From an uncultured Candidatus Saccharibacteria bacterium (GTDB lineage Bacteria; Patescibacteriota; UBA1384; JACPKC01), in assembly GCA_964423885.1 (NCBI GenBank), contig CAYRGD010000002.1, positions 82,128 through 146,127 on the forward strand: a stretch of 64,000 nucleotides of DNA. Reading direction: 5' to 3'. The notes below the pieces were generated by a model. The model made no database searches and was not told the origin of the DNA. It saw only the letters and a list, made by a program, of their open reading frames with translations. The first letter of the stretch is position 1; each line of letters begins with the position of its first letter. A program made the position numbers and the translations under genes. Positions 28,409-37,950 of the stretch are shown here, in pieces.

Positions 28409-29312
28409 GCGTCAGGCCCAAGGCGGGGCGGGCCTGTTGGTCTTCTTCATTATCCTGCTAGGGTTCGCCGCCCAGCTCTTAAAGCAGCCGACACTCGCCG
28501 GCGGCCTGTTCCGCGTCTCGGTACTCGATATCGGGCAAGGCGACGCGATCCTGCTCGATACGCCCGGCGGGCAACACCTGCTGGTCGACAGCGGTCCGTC
28601 GGCCGCGACGCTGTCGGTACTGAATCGCTACTTCGTCGAGCCGCACCGGTTCCGCTTGTTGGTCGCGAGCCACAACCATGCCGACCATATCGGCGGCTTT
28701 CCCGCGGTTCTGGCCGAGTACCCGGCGGACGAGGTCTGGTTGAGCGGTTCGGTCACTACGACGAACATCTATACGAAGTGGCTCGAGGCGATCAAAAGCT
28801 CGGGCGCGGCGGTGCGCACCGTCAAGTACGGCGACGACGCGGAGATCGACGGACTCCACCTGGCCGTTTTGCACCCGATCGAGTCGGCCGTCGGTATCCG
28901 GCCGCAAGAGGAACACGATGCGACCGTGGTGGTGCGCGTCACCTACGGCGCAGTAAGCATCTTGCTCACCGGCGACCTGGAGGCCAAGCACGAGGCCGAG
29001 ATCTTGGCCCAGGATCCGGCCGCGGTCGCCGCGACGATCCTCAAAGTGACGCACCACGGGTCGAAGTACGGTTCGTCGGATGCGTTCCTCGATGCCGTCC
29101 ATCCGGCCGAGGCCGTTATCTCGGACGCCGCCGGAAATAAGTTCGGCCATCCGCATCCCGAGACGCTCGACCGCTTGAAGCGGCGGAATATCCCGGTCTA
29201 CCGCACCGACGAGGACGGCACGGTCCAGTTCCTGTCCGACGGCGCCTCGCTCTGGGTTCAGACCGAACACGGCGAGCGCACCCAAGTGGACATCCTGGGC
29301 GCTTCGCGCTAG
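28398..29312 (+). CDS. ComEC-associated metallo-beta-lactamase-fold nuclease (separate gene)
   Basis: LDIGQGDAI, SHNHADHIGG, LTGD, KVTHHGS, FGHPHPE and RTD. Confidence 0.9.
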   Translation: MSAKRQAQGGAGLLVFFIILLGFAAQLLKQPTLAGGLFRVSVLDIGQGDAILLDTPGGQHLLVDSGPSAATLSVLNRYFVEPHRFRLLVASHNHADHIGGFPAVLAEYPADEVWLSGSVTTTNIYTKWLEAIKSSGAAVRTVKYGDDAEIDGLHLAVLHPIESAVGIRPQEEHDATVVVRVTYGAVSILLTGDLEAKHEAEILAQDPAAVAATILKVTHHGSKYGSSDAFLDAVHPAEAVISDAAGNKFGHPHPETLDRLKRRNIPVYRTDEDGTVQFLSDGASLWVQTEHGERTQVDILGASR

Positions 29313-29324
29313 ACTCGGTCCGCT

Positions 29325-30029
29325 ATGTCGGGACACTCGAAATGGGCGCAGATCAAACGGGCGAAGGGCGCTGCCGACGTGAAGCGCGGCAAGTTGTTCG
29401 GCCAGCTCGCCAAAGCGATCACGATCGCGGCCCGTCTGGGTAAAAACCTAGACACGGTCGTGGCGACGGCGCGCGCCGCGAACATGCCCAAGGACAACAT
29501 CGAGCGGGCGATCAAGCGCGGCACAGGCGAGTCGGGCGACGGTGTGCAGATCGACGAGGTCGTCTATGAAGCGTACGGCCCGGGCGGCGCGGCGCTGCTT
29601 ATCACTGCTTTGACCGACAACCGTAATCGGACGATCGGTGAGCTCCGGGCGGTTGCGAACAAGCAGGGTCTGACCCTGGCCCAACCTGGCGCGGTCCGGT
29701 TCTTGTTCGCGGAACGGGGGATCATCGAGATCGGCTTGGGCGATGACCCTGACGCGGCCGAGCTGGCGCTCATCGACGCGGGTGCCGACGAGATCGAACG
29801 CGCCGACGACCGGTTCGTCGGCTTCGTGGCACCCGAGGTGTTGTCGCAAGCACTGGCCTCCTTGGGTGCGGCGGGTATGCCGGTCCTCGACAGCCGCCTT
29901 GTCTGGGTGCCGACGGGTGAGCACGAGGTAACGGCCGAACAGCAGGAACAGCTCCTTGGTGCAATGGAGAGGCTTGAAGAGCTCGACGACGTGAGCGCGG
30001 TCGAGACGAACGCGCGGTTCGCCGACTGA
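29325..30029 (+). CDS. yebC: YebC/PmpR family protein
   Basis: MSGHSKWAQIKRAK, NMPKDNIERAI, YEAYGPGG and TDNRNRT. Confidence 0.96.
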   Translation: MSGHSKWAQIKRAKGAADVKRGKLFGQLAKAITIAARLGKNLDTVVATARAANMPKDNIERAIKRGTGESGDGVQIDEVVYEAYGPGGAALLITALTDNRNRTIGELRAVANKQGLTLAQPGAVRFLFAERGIIEIGLGDDPDAAELALIDAGADEIERADDRFVGFVAPEVLSQALASLGAAGMPVLDSRLVWVPTGEHEVTAEQQEQLLGAMERLEELDDVSAVETNARFAD

Positions 30030-30060
30030 TCTGCTAGGGTAGCAAGGCGCAAGGAGGGTT

Positions 30061-30975
30061 ATGCGAATACTCGTTTCCGGCGGCGCCGGGTTCATCGGAT
30101 CGCAGGTAGCGGCGCGATACCAAGCTGACGGGCATGCCGTCGCGATCGTCGACGACTTTTCGTCGGGCTTGCGGGACAACGTACCCGACGGCGTCACCGT
30201 ATACGAGGCGAATATCCGCGATGACGCGGCCATGCGGCGGATCGCCGACGAGTTCGCGCCCGAGACAGTGAACCACCACGCCGCCCAGCTGTCGGTATCC
30301 CGTTCGGTCGCCGATCCGCGCCACGACGCCGAGGTCAATATCCTGGGATTTTTGACGCTCGTCGAAGCGGTGCGCGGTACGGCGACGCGGATCGTCGTCG
30401 CCTCGTCGGGCGGCGCGATGTACGGCGATACCGATCAGGTGCCAACTCCAGAAACCTTTCCTGCGGCACCGGTTTCGCCCTACGGCATCGCCAAGCGGAC
30501 CATGGAGTACTACCTGCATTTCTACGAGGTCCAGTACGGCCTGTCATGGGCCGCGCTCCGTTATGCGAACGTCTACGGCCCGAAACAGAATCCCGCAGGG
30601 GAAACCGGCGTCATCGCTGTGTTCCTCGATGCGCTCGGGCGGGGCGTGCAGCCGCTGGTGCTCGGTGACGGCATGCAGACCCGCGACTACGTCTTCGTCG
30701 ACGATGTGGTGGCCGCGAACGTTGCCGCGCTCGGCCGTGGCAGCGGCCCGTACAATATCGGTACCGGCCAGGAGACGACGGTTATCGACCTGTTCCATGC
30801 CGTCCAGAAGGCGATGGACACCTCGTTCCCGGTCACCTTCGGCCCGGTCCGGCCCGGCGAACAGCGTCGATCGGCGCTCGACGCGTCCCGTGCCCGTGCG
30901 GAGCTCGGTTGGGAGCCACGCACACCGCTTGCCGACGGCATTGCTGCGACCGTGGCTTGGTACCGCGGCCGATGA
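30061..30975 (+). CDS. NAD-dependent epimerase/dehydratase (UDP-glucose 4-epimerase-like)
   Basis: GGAGFIGS, YGIAK, RYANVYGP and TRDYVFV. Confidence 0.92.
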   Translation: MRILVSGGAGFIGSQVAARYQADGHAVAIVDDFSSGLRDNVPDGVTVYEANIRDDAAMRRIADEFAPETVNHHAAQLSVSRSVADPRHDAEVNILGFLTLVEAVRGTATRIVVASSGGAMYGDTDQVPTPETFPAAPVSPYGIAKRTMEYYLHFYEVQYGLSWAALRYANVYGPKQNPAGETGVIAVFLDALGRGVQPLVLGDGMQTRDYVFVDDVVAANVAALGRGSGPYNIGTGQETTVIDLFHAVQKAMDTSFPVTFGPVRPGEQRRSALDASRARAELGWEPRTPLADGIAATVAWYRGR

Positions 30976-31463
30976 CAATCCTGGGCATCGACCCTGGCAT
31001 CGGGATTACCGGCTGGAGCATCCTGGCCGCCGGGCGTCCTGCCAAACCCGAGCTCATCGCGGCGGGGATCATCAGTACGACGCCCAATACCCCGACGCAC
31101 GAGCGGCTGGTGACGCTCTACCGCCAGATCGGCCAGGTACTTGAGCAGTACAGTCCGTCCGTACTGTCGATCGAACGGCTCTTCTTTGCCAAGAATGTCA
31201 CTACGGCGATGGCCGTTAGCCAGGCCCGCGGGGTGGTATTGCTTGCTGCCGCCCAAGCAGCCCTGACGGTGCACGAGTACACGCCGCTCCAGGTGAAGAT
31301 GACGATCACCGGGTTCGGCCAAGCCAGTAAACGGCAGGTGGCCGCGATGCTCCCGCATCATGTCGCGGGCGCTCCTATCCCGAAGCAAGACGATGCCGCG
31401 GACGCGGTCGCGATCGCCGTCACCCACCTGTCGGCGCTCCGTCTCGAGCCCGTCCGTCGCTAG
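30972..31463 (+). CDS. ruvC: Holliday junction resolvase RuvC
   Basis: ILGIDPG, IERLFF, QARGV, YTPLQVK and DDAADA. Confidence 0.95.
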   Translation: MTILGIDPGIGITGWSILAAGRPAKPELIAAGIISTTPNTPTHERLVTLYRQIGQVLEQYSPSVLSIERLFFAKNVTTAMAVSQARGVVLLAAAQAALTVHEYTPLQVKMTITGFGQASKRQVAAMLPHHVAGAPIPKQDDAADAVAIAVTHLSALRLEPVRR

Positions 31464-31478
31464 CGAAGGAGAAACTGT

Positions 31479-32468
31479 ATGCCCCAGCTTCGACAAAACT
31501 TCATCACTGGCGAGTGGGTCGTGATCGCGCCGGAACGGGCCAAGCGGGCCCAAGACGTCCATGTGCCGACGGACGAGCATTCGGCCGACCAAGCGCCGTG
31601 CCGGTTCTGCGTGGGCAGCGAGGAATACGCGAAGCGCGTCGCGGGAACCGAGAACGACCATATCTATATCCTGCCCAACGCCTACCCGGCCTTCGTCGAG
31701 GATCCGGCGCTGTGCAGTCCGCGTTCGTTCGGCGTCGAGCAGGGATTCTATACGGCCCGCCCGAGCGTAGGCGGCCACGACGTGCTCGTAGTGAAAGATC
31801 ATGACGTCAGCTTACCGACCTTCAACGAGCCGACCTGGTACGACCTGCTCGCCATCACCAAGGAACGGATCAACTACTTTTACGACGTCTGTAACGTGGA
31901 GTCAGTCATGCCGATCTACAACCACCGCCGTGCCGCCGGCGCATCAGTGGCTCATCCGCACGCCCAGCTCTTCGCCGCCAATGTCGTGCCGAACCTGCTC
32001 ACCCGTGAACTCCATCACGGCGAACGCCACTACGAGCAACACGGCACCTGCAGCTTCTGCGACATGGTCGTGCACGAACGCGCCGCCGGCACCCGCGTGC
32101 TGTACGACGGGGACGGGTTCCTGGCCTGCACATTCTACGCGGCCCGCTTCCCGTACGAGATCTGGATCCTGCCGACCGACCACGCGTCCCACTTTGAGCG
32201 CTCAAACGCCGAGCAGCTACGTGCGCTTGTCAGGGCGATGCGCTACAGCATCGGTCGGCTTGACAGTGTGCTGCACGATCCGCCACTCAATTACTTCATT
32301 CATACCGCGCCGCGGACGGTCGACGGTGTCCCGTACTTCCACTGGCACGTCGAAATCGCGCCCCGCTTGGCTACCTACGGCGGGTTCGAGCTGGGCAGCG
32401 GGATGATTATCGACGTGACGAGCCCCGAGGTCGCAGCGCAGGAGTTACGGCGGGGAACCGGCCGCTAG
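31479..32468 (+). CDS. galT: GalT-family nucleotidyltransferase
   Basis: TGEWVVIAPERAKR, CRFC, AGASVAHPHAQ, CSFC and GGFELGSG. Confidence 0.9.
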   Translation: MPQLRQNFITGEWVVIAPERAKRAQDVHVPTDEHSADQAPCRFCVGSEEYAKRVAGTENDHIYILPNAYPAFVEDPALCSPRSFGVEQGFYTARPSVGGHDVLVVKDHDVSLPTFNEPTWYDLLAITKERINYFYDVCNVESVMPIYNHRRAAGASVAHPHAQLFAANVVPNLLTRELHHGERHYEQHGTCSFCDMVVHERAAGTRVLYDGDGFLACTFYAARFPYEIWILPTDHASHFERSNAEQLRALVRAMRYSIGRLDSVLHDPPLNYFIHTAPRTVDGVPYFHWHVEIAPRLATYGGFELGSGMIIDVTSPEVAAQELRRGTGR

Positions 32469-33415
32469 TGATAGCGGTGGTAGGCGGTTTTTGCCCAGCG
32501 CAGCACGTCGTCGAACGGCATCGTGGCGACGCCGATCGTTTCGTCGGCCGCACCGTAGTACACGAACAACGTCCCGTCGAGCACGACCACGCCGCAGCTG
32601 AAGACGACGTTGTCGACCACGCCGTCGCGCTCGTACGCGGTTTTCGGTTGGAGCGCGGCTTCGTCGGTGCGCGCGAGCGTGCGGATCGGCTGGTGGGGAT
32701 CAAGTAGCGCGAAGCCCAGGCTATACCGTTTCTTGCGAACGCCGTGGTAGAGCAGAACCCAACCGTACGGCGTCTCGATCGGGGGTGCGCCGGCACCGAT
32801 GTAATCGCTGTCCCAGCCGGTACCGTCGGGGCGCATGACCACGCCGCGCTCCTTGAAGTCGGTCAGCTCGGCACCGACAGCCAGCCGTATGTCCGGAGGG
32901 ACGCGATGCAGGAGCAGGAAGTTTCCCTCCACCTTTTTGGGGAACAGGACAGCATCTTTGCTGTCGATGTGGCTCAAAATCACGCCGTGCCGTGAAAAGG
33001 TCCGGAAGTCGTGCGTGTGGGCGATGCTTACACGCACCCGCCAGGGGAAGGGGTCGATCTCACCCGGCTGCTTTTCTTTAAACGCGCTCGGATATTCCGA
33101 CGCGGCCGTGTAGGTGATGTAGTAGCTGCTGCCGATTTGGGTGATGCGCGGGTCTTCGACGCCCATCGTTTCGTATTCGGTATCAGGATCCGGCGCGAAA
33201 ATGGGATCGGCCAAGCGCTCGCTGATATGGAAGCCGTCGTCCGAAAAGGCCAAGCCGAACCGCGAGATCCGGTCGTCGCCCTGGGCCCGGTACAGAAGCG
33301 CGACGCGGCCGTCGACGATCGTGGCCCCGCAATTGAAGACGGCGTAATTTTCCCACGTATTGTGCGTGGGCGCGAGGATCGGGTTGCCGGGGTGGCGCGC
33401 AAGGGAAAGCCGCAT
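32465..33415 (-). CDS. GH130-like glycosidase/phosphorylase
   Basis: VFNCGA, LYRA, GVEDPR, KDAVLFP, PPIETPYGW, YHGV, NVVFSCG and YYGAAD. Confidence 0.9.
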   Translation of the reverse strand: MRLSLARHPGNPILAPTHNTWENYAVFNCGATIVDGRVALLYRAQGDDRISRFGLAFSDDGFHISERLADPIFAPDPDTEYETMGVEDPRITQIGSSYYITYTAASEYPSAFKEKQPGEIDPFPWRVRVSIAHTHDFRTFSRHGVILSHIDSKDAVLFPKKVEGNFLLLHRVPPDIRLAVGAELTDFKERGVVMRPDGTGWDSDYIGAGAPPIETPYGWVLLYHGVRKKRYSLGFALLDPHQPIRTLARTDEAALQPKTAYERDGVVDNVVFSCGVVVLDGTLFVYYGAADETIGVATMPFDDVLRWAKTAYHRYH

Positions 33416-33460
33416 CGTTTGCTACTATACCACGTAAGGACGGAAGGGAACTGGAGGGGC

Positions 33461-34417
33461 GTGCGCATCTATCGGCCGGAACTCGTCGAGCAGCTGCTCG
33501 CGCTGGTGGGTCACGGGCCCGTCGCGGTCGCGACCGACCTCGACGGTACGATTATGCCGGTCGCGACGGATCCGAATGGGAACCGGATCCATCCGGACGC
33601 GCACTCAGCGCTCCGGCGGTTGGCGTCCCGGGGCGTGCCGATCGGCGTGTTCACCGGGCGGGACGGCGCCGATGCCGAACAGCTGCTCAGCATCGCCTCG
33701 GCGACCGTGGTCGGTACGAACGGCGCGGAGTGGCGGTCTGATAGCCGGTCGGTCTTGGTCCCTGTGTACGACGCGATGGCCACGGCATTGAGCGACCGGT
33801 TGGGCGACATCCAGCGCCACGCGTTGGCGTTTCTGGCACCGACGGCTGTCCGGTATTTGCCGAACAACAGCATCGAAGCAGTGTCCCGGGACGGCACCCT
33901 CGTCATCTTGCGGAAAGGACGGACGGCGAAAAGCCCGAACGGAATCTCGCACATGTACTACCTACCCGCAGCGATGGGTATCGCGCGCCGCGCCGGCCTC
34001 ATCGAGCTCCTGGCACGATCGTACGCGCAGCATTTCGCCGGCCGCTTAGGCGAGCTCGTTTCGTTCGAGCGCGGCGGCGACAGTGCATCGTTCACGGTGC
34101 TGTCGGCCGCGCCCAAGTGGGAATCCTTGGCAGTGTTCGTCCGGAATCTCGCGTCGGGCGACGGGGCTCGCGTCCGGAGCTTCCTGTATATCGGCGACAG
34201 CGAACCCGACATACCGTCGTTGCGGCTCATGCGGGTCGTGCGGAGCCTGACACGGCTCTACGCCGTAGGCGCGAGCGTCCGCCACCGTGTCGACGAGGAT
34301 ACGGCCGTGGTCGAGGCGGCATCGTTCTCATGCGACAGTGTGGCGTCCGCCGCATCGATGCTGACCTTGCTTGCCGAGCTCGTTGAGGTAGCTGCTACGT
34401 CGCCTCCGCTTGATTGA
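33461..34417 (+). CDS. HAD phosphatase, trehalose-6-phosphate phosphatase-like
   Basis: TDLDGT, TGR, GTNGAE and IGDSEPD; GTG start after GGAGG. Confidence 0.75.
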   Translation: MRIYRPELVEQLLALVGHGPVAVATDLDGTIMPVATDPNGNRIHPDAHSALRRLASRGVPIGVFTGRDGADAEQLLSIASATVVGTNGAEWRSDSRSVLVPVYDAMATALSDRLGDIQRHALAFLAPTAVRYLPNNSIEAVSRDGTLVILRKGRTAKSPNGISHMYYLPAAMGIARRAGLIELLARSYAQHFAGRLGELVSFERGGDSASFTVLSAAPKWESLAVFVRNLASGDGARVRSFLYIGDSEPDIPSLRLMRVVRSLTRLYAVGASVRHRVDEDTAVVEAASFSCDSVASAASMLTLLAELVEVAATSPPLD

Positions 34418-34442
34418 CAGTTCTCGGAGCGTACAGTAAGCT
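34414..34442 (+). promoter_or_regulatory. Sigma70 promoter TTGACA-17-TAAGCT
   Basis: Upstream of the GT4 pair. Confidence 0.6.
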
Positions 34443-34465
34443 TGCCTATCTCCGAAAGGCAACGT

Positions 34466-35638
34466 ATGGTCCGACCCCCAAGAATCCTCCATGTGTCGTC
34501 GAGCCTGCCGAAGATGTGCGGGATCGCTACCTATACGCACGCGCTCGACCAATCGTTGCTGCGCCTCGATCCGGCCCTCAAGACGGCAATGGTCGGTGTG
34601 CGGGAGACGGGCGCGACGTACACGTTCCCCGACAGCGTCTGCAGCGAAATCCGTCAAGGTGATCCCGAAAGCTACCAGGCGGCCGGCGCATGGGCGGATA
34701 CCGCCCCGTTCGACGTTATCGACCTGCAGCATGAGTTCGGCTTGTATACCCCGGTGCGTGAGACCAAGTTGGCACTCGGCGAGGATGACGGCCAGGACAT
34801 CTTGGCGTTCCTCGACGCTACGACGAAGCCGGTCGTGACGACGTTCCATATGGTGTTCCCCAATCCGCCGAAACACCACAAAGCGGTGGTCAAGGCGATC
34901 ATCGACCGGTCGGCCTACGTGGTGACGATCGCGGCCCACGCCGCGTACCTGCTGCTCCGCGACTACGACGCCGACGAACGGAAAGTCCGCGTCATCCCGC
35001 ACGGCGTGCCCAACATCGATCTCAAGCCGACGACCTCGTTCAAGCAGGCGCTCGGTATTCCGGAAGACCGGCTGGTCATCTCGACGTTCGGGCTCATCCG
35101 CGCCAAAAAAGGCATCGAGTACGCGATCCGCGCGATGCCGATGATCCTCAAGGAATTCCCGAACGCGCACTACTATGTCATCGGCGCGGCGCACCCGCAG
35201 CGGCCGAAGGAATATCTCGACGAGCTGCGCCATGAGGCCGCAGCACTCGGGGTGTCCGACCATGTCCACTTCGTGACGCGGTTCCTCGCGTACGACGAAC
35301 TGCTCGAATGGCTCCAGGCGACGAACGTGTTTCTGGCGCCGTTCCTTGTGCTCGAGGCGATCTCGAGCGGGACGCTCATTTACGCGATGGGGGCCGGCCG
35401 CGCCTGCGTGGCGACGCCGTTCGTGTTCGCGAAGGAAGTGTTGGCCGACGGCCGCGGCATCCTCATTAATCCAAGGAGCAGGACGGCGATCGCCCAGGCG
35501 GTGACGCAGTATTTCAAGCACCCCCGGTTCCGGCATTCGGTCCAACGGAAGGCGTATGCCTATGCCCATGCCAGGATCTGGCCGAAAGTCGCCAAACAGT
35601 ACCTGGACCTGTTCGCGAAAGCGGCAGCGGAGCGGTGA
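34466..35638 (+). CDS. Glycosyltransferase family 4
   Basis: CGIATY, LQHEFG, IPHGVP, KKGIE and SSGTL. Confidence 0.9.
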   Translation: MVRPPRILHVSSSLPKMCGIATYTHALDQSLLRLDPALKTAMVGVRETGATYTFPDSVCSEIRQGDPESYQAAGAWADTAPFDVIDLQHEFGLYTPVRETKLALGEDDGQDILAFLDATTKPVVTTFHMVFPNPPKHHKAVVKAIIDRSAYVVTIAAHAAYLLLRDYDADERKVRVIPHGVPNIDLKPTTSFKQALGIPEDRLVISTFGLIRAKKGIEYAIRAMPMILKEFPNAHYYVIGAAHPQRPKEYLDELRHEAAALGVSDHVHFVTRFLAYDELLEWLQATNVFLAPFLVLEAISSGTLIYAMGAGRACVATPFVFAKEVLADGRGILINPRSRTAIAQAVTQYFKHPRFRHSVQRKAYAYAHARIWPKVAKQYLDLFAKAAAER

Positions 35639-36807
35639 TGGCGGCACGGCGTCCGCTCCGGTACGGCGTGGTCTCGACCTTTGTGCCGCGCGAATGCGGC
35701 ATCGCGACGTATTCGGCCGACGTCATCGTGGGGATCCAGGCGGCCCACCCCGATGCCCGGCCGAGCGTACTGGCTCTGTCTGATGCATCCTATACCTATC
35801 CGCCGCTGGTGCAGCGCGAACTCGCGCAGTCCGACGAACCGGCCTACGCCGAGGCGGCCGACTGGCTCAACGCTTCCGACCTTGACGCGGTGCTCATCCA
35901 ACACGAATTCGGGATTTTCGGTGGGTTCAACGGCCGATACCTGACTACACTGCTCCGCCGCCTCAAGAAGCCTGTCGTGTTATCGCTCCACACGGTCCCG
36001 ATGCATCCCAAGGCGCGGAAGCTCCGGTCGCGGCTGTCGTTGCTGCGTCGGATTTTCGGTATGGTCGACGCGGTCGTCGTGAAAATCCCGAGCGCGGTCA
36101 CATTTTTCCGCGAGGCCGGATTTCCCGACGAACTGCTGCGCAAGCTGACCGTGATCCCGCATGGTGCGCCGACGGTGCCTGCGGGGCTTGCCCAAACCCG
36201 GGCCGCGATCCGCGCGCGCCTCGGGATCGCGGACGACGCCATCCTCATCCTGACCTACGGCCTTATCACCAAGAAAAAGGGTATCCAGCACGCGCTCCGG
36301 GCAATGAAGCATGTGGCGAAACGCTATCCTAATGCCACGTATCTCATTGCCGGCCGCACCCACCCCTCGAAAACGACGCCGTTCTACGACGAGTTGCGGT
36401 CGTATGCCGCCAAGAACGGCCTGGCCGACACGGTCCGGTTCGACCACCGGTACATGACGACGGACGAAGTGCTCGAGCGGTTGGTCGCGGCTGACATCTA
36501 CCTGGTGCCGTACCTTTCGAAAGAACAGGTGTCGAGCGGGACGCTGGCGTACGCGGTGGCGGCAGGAAAGCCAGTAGTCGCGACCCGCTTCGCCTATGCG
36601 GCCGACACGTTGGCCGACGGCCGCGGTCTGCTCGTCGACTTCGCTGCGCCCAAGCAGATCGCCCAGGCGCTCGAACAGTTGATCGCCGATCCCGCGCTGC
36701 GGGTATCAGTCGGGCGGAAGGCGGCTGCGTTCGGCCGGCAGTTGTCGTGGAAGAGGGTCGGCGGCTTGTACTACGACGCGCTGCAGCGCGCAGCCGGGCG
36801 CCGATGA
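35638..36807 (+). CDS. Glycosyltransferase family 4 (paralog)
   Basis: PRECGIATY, QHEFGIFGG, IPHG, GRTHP and QVSSGTLAYA. Confidence 0.9.
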   Translation: MAARRPLRYGVVSTFVPRECGIATYSADVIVGIQAAHPDARPSVLALSDASYTYPPLVQRELAQSDEPAYAEAADWLNASDLDAVLIQHEFGIFGGFNGRYLTTLLRRLKKPVVLSLHTVPMHPKARKLRSRLSLLRRIFGMVDAVVVKIPSAVTFFREAGFPDELLRKLTVIPHGAPTVPAGLAQTRAAIRARLGIADDAILILTYGLITKKKGIQHALRAMKHVAKRYPNATYLIAGRTHPSKTTPFYDELRSYAAKNGLADTVRFDHRYMTTDEVLERLVAADIYLVPYLSKEQVSSGTLAYAVAAGKPVVATRFAYAADTLADGRGLLVDFAAPKQIAQALEQLIADPALRVSVGRKAAAFGRQLSWKRVGGLYYDALQRAAGRR

Positions 36808-37361
36808 TCCGCACGCTCCGCGGGACTCTTACCGCGCATGCCGGTGACGGGGTCATCCTTGAGCTCGGCGGCATCGGCTACGGGATCCGTACGCCGTTGC
36901 GGTCACGCGGCCAACTGGGTGCCGAACGGCGGTTCTTCATCCATCACCATGTCCGCGAGGACGAGCAATTGCTCTTCGGGTTCGACACGATGGAAGAGCT
37001 CAACCTCTTCGAGTTGTTGATTACTGTGCCGAGTATCGGCCCCAAGCTCGCGATGGCGATCCTGTCGATCGCGGCACCGGCCGACATCATCGGTGCGGTC
37101 AACACGGATAACGCAGGGTTTTTCCAGGCGATTCCCGGTCTCGGCAAAAAGAGCGCGCTCAAGATTATCGTCGAACTGAAAGGTAAATTCGGCGGTGCCA
37201 GTAGTACGTCGGTGCCGTCGGGCGGTTTGGTGCTCGCCGACGCGCTCACCGGCCTGGGCTATGATGCGGCCGAGGTACAGTCCGTGGTCGCGCGGGTGCC
37301 TGCCGGCCTTACCGATACCGAACAGGTCGGCTGGGCGTTACGGGAGCTCGGCCAGGCGTAG
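36804..37361 (+). CDS. ruvA: Holliday junction branch migration protein RuvA
   Basis: MIRTLRG, VRED...LFGF, IGPKLA, IPGLGKKSA and ALTGLGY. Confidence 0.95.
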   Translation: MIRTLRGTLTAHAGDGVILELGGIGYGIRTPLRSRGQLGAERRFFIHHHVREDEQLLFGFDTMEELNLFELLITVPSIGPKLAMAILSIAAPADIIGAVNTDNAGFFQAIPGLGKKSALKIIVELKGKFGGASSTSVPSGGLVLADALTGLGYDAAEVQSVVARVPAGLTDTEQVGWALRELGQA

Positions 37362-37434
37362 TGTGGACAACCGCCTTGTCCTGGGCGGTATCCAGGTGGA
37401 CAATCAGGCCGCTGCCAGCTAGCCAGGAGGAACC

Positions 37435-37950
37435 ATGAAATCAACGATCCTTGCCGCGGTCACCGTGCTTATGGTGGTCAGTATCGGTGTGGTGCTCTGG
37501 GTGACCGGCGTCTTCGGCGGCGGATCGGCCGGTACCGCCGGGTTCGGTGGCAACTCCGAAAAAATCCAGGCGGTGTTTCTGACGAACGGCCAGGTCTATT
37601 TCGGTAAGTTTTCCCAAAACGCAGGGGTGGCGCGGCTCGAGAACATCTACTACCTGCAAGTCGACCAGACCAGCAGCCAGCAGCTGCAGTCGGCCAAGGA
37701 CCAGGCTACGCAGCCGGATGTCCGGCTTATCAAACTCGGCAATGAGCTCCATGGGCCGCGCGACAGCATGAGAATTAATCCGGAGCACATCTTGTTCGTG
37801 GAAGATCTACAAGAAAACGGGAAGGTAGTCGAAGCCATCCGCCGCTACGAAACAGAAGGGCCCGATGCCCAGACGCCGAGCGTCCAATCAGGCAACAACG
37901 GCCAGTCCACAGGCCAAGGAACGGGTTCCACGGCCGGCCAGGGCAATTAG
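37435..37950 (+). CDS. Membrane-anchored hypothetical protein
   Basis: AGGAGG RBS, N-terminal TM, QAVFLTNGQVYFGK and LIKLGNELHGP. Confidence 0.8.
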   Translation: MKSTILAAVTVLMVVSIGVVLWVTGVFGGGSAGTAGFGGNSEKIQAVFLTNGQVYFGKFSQNAGVARLENIYYLQVDQTSSQQLQSAKDQATQPDVRLIKLGNELHGPRDSMRINPEHILFVEDLQENGKVVEAIRRYETEGPDAQTPSVQSGNNGQSTGQGTGSTAGQGN

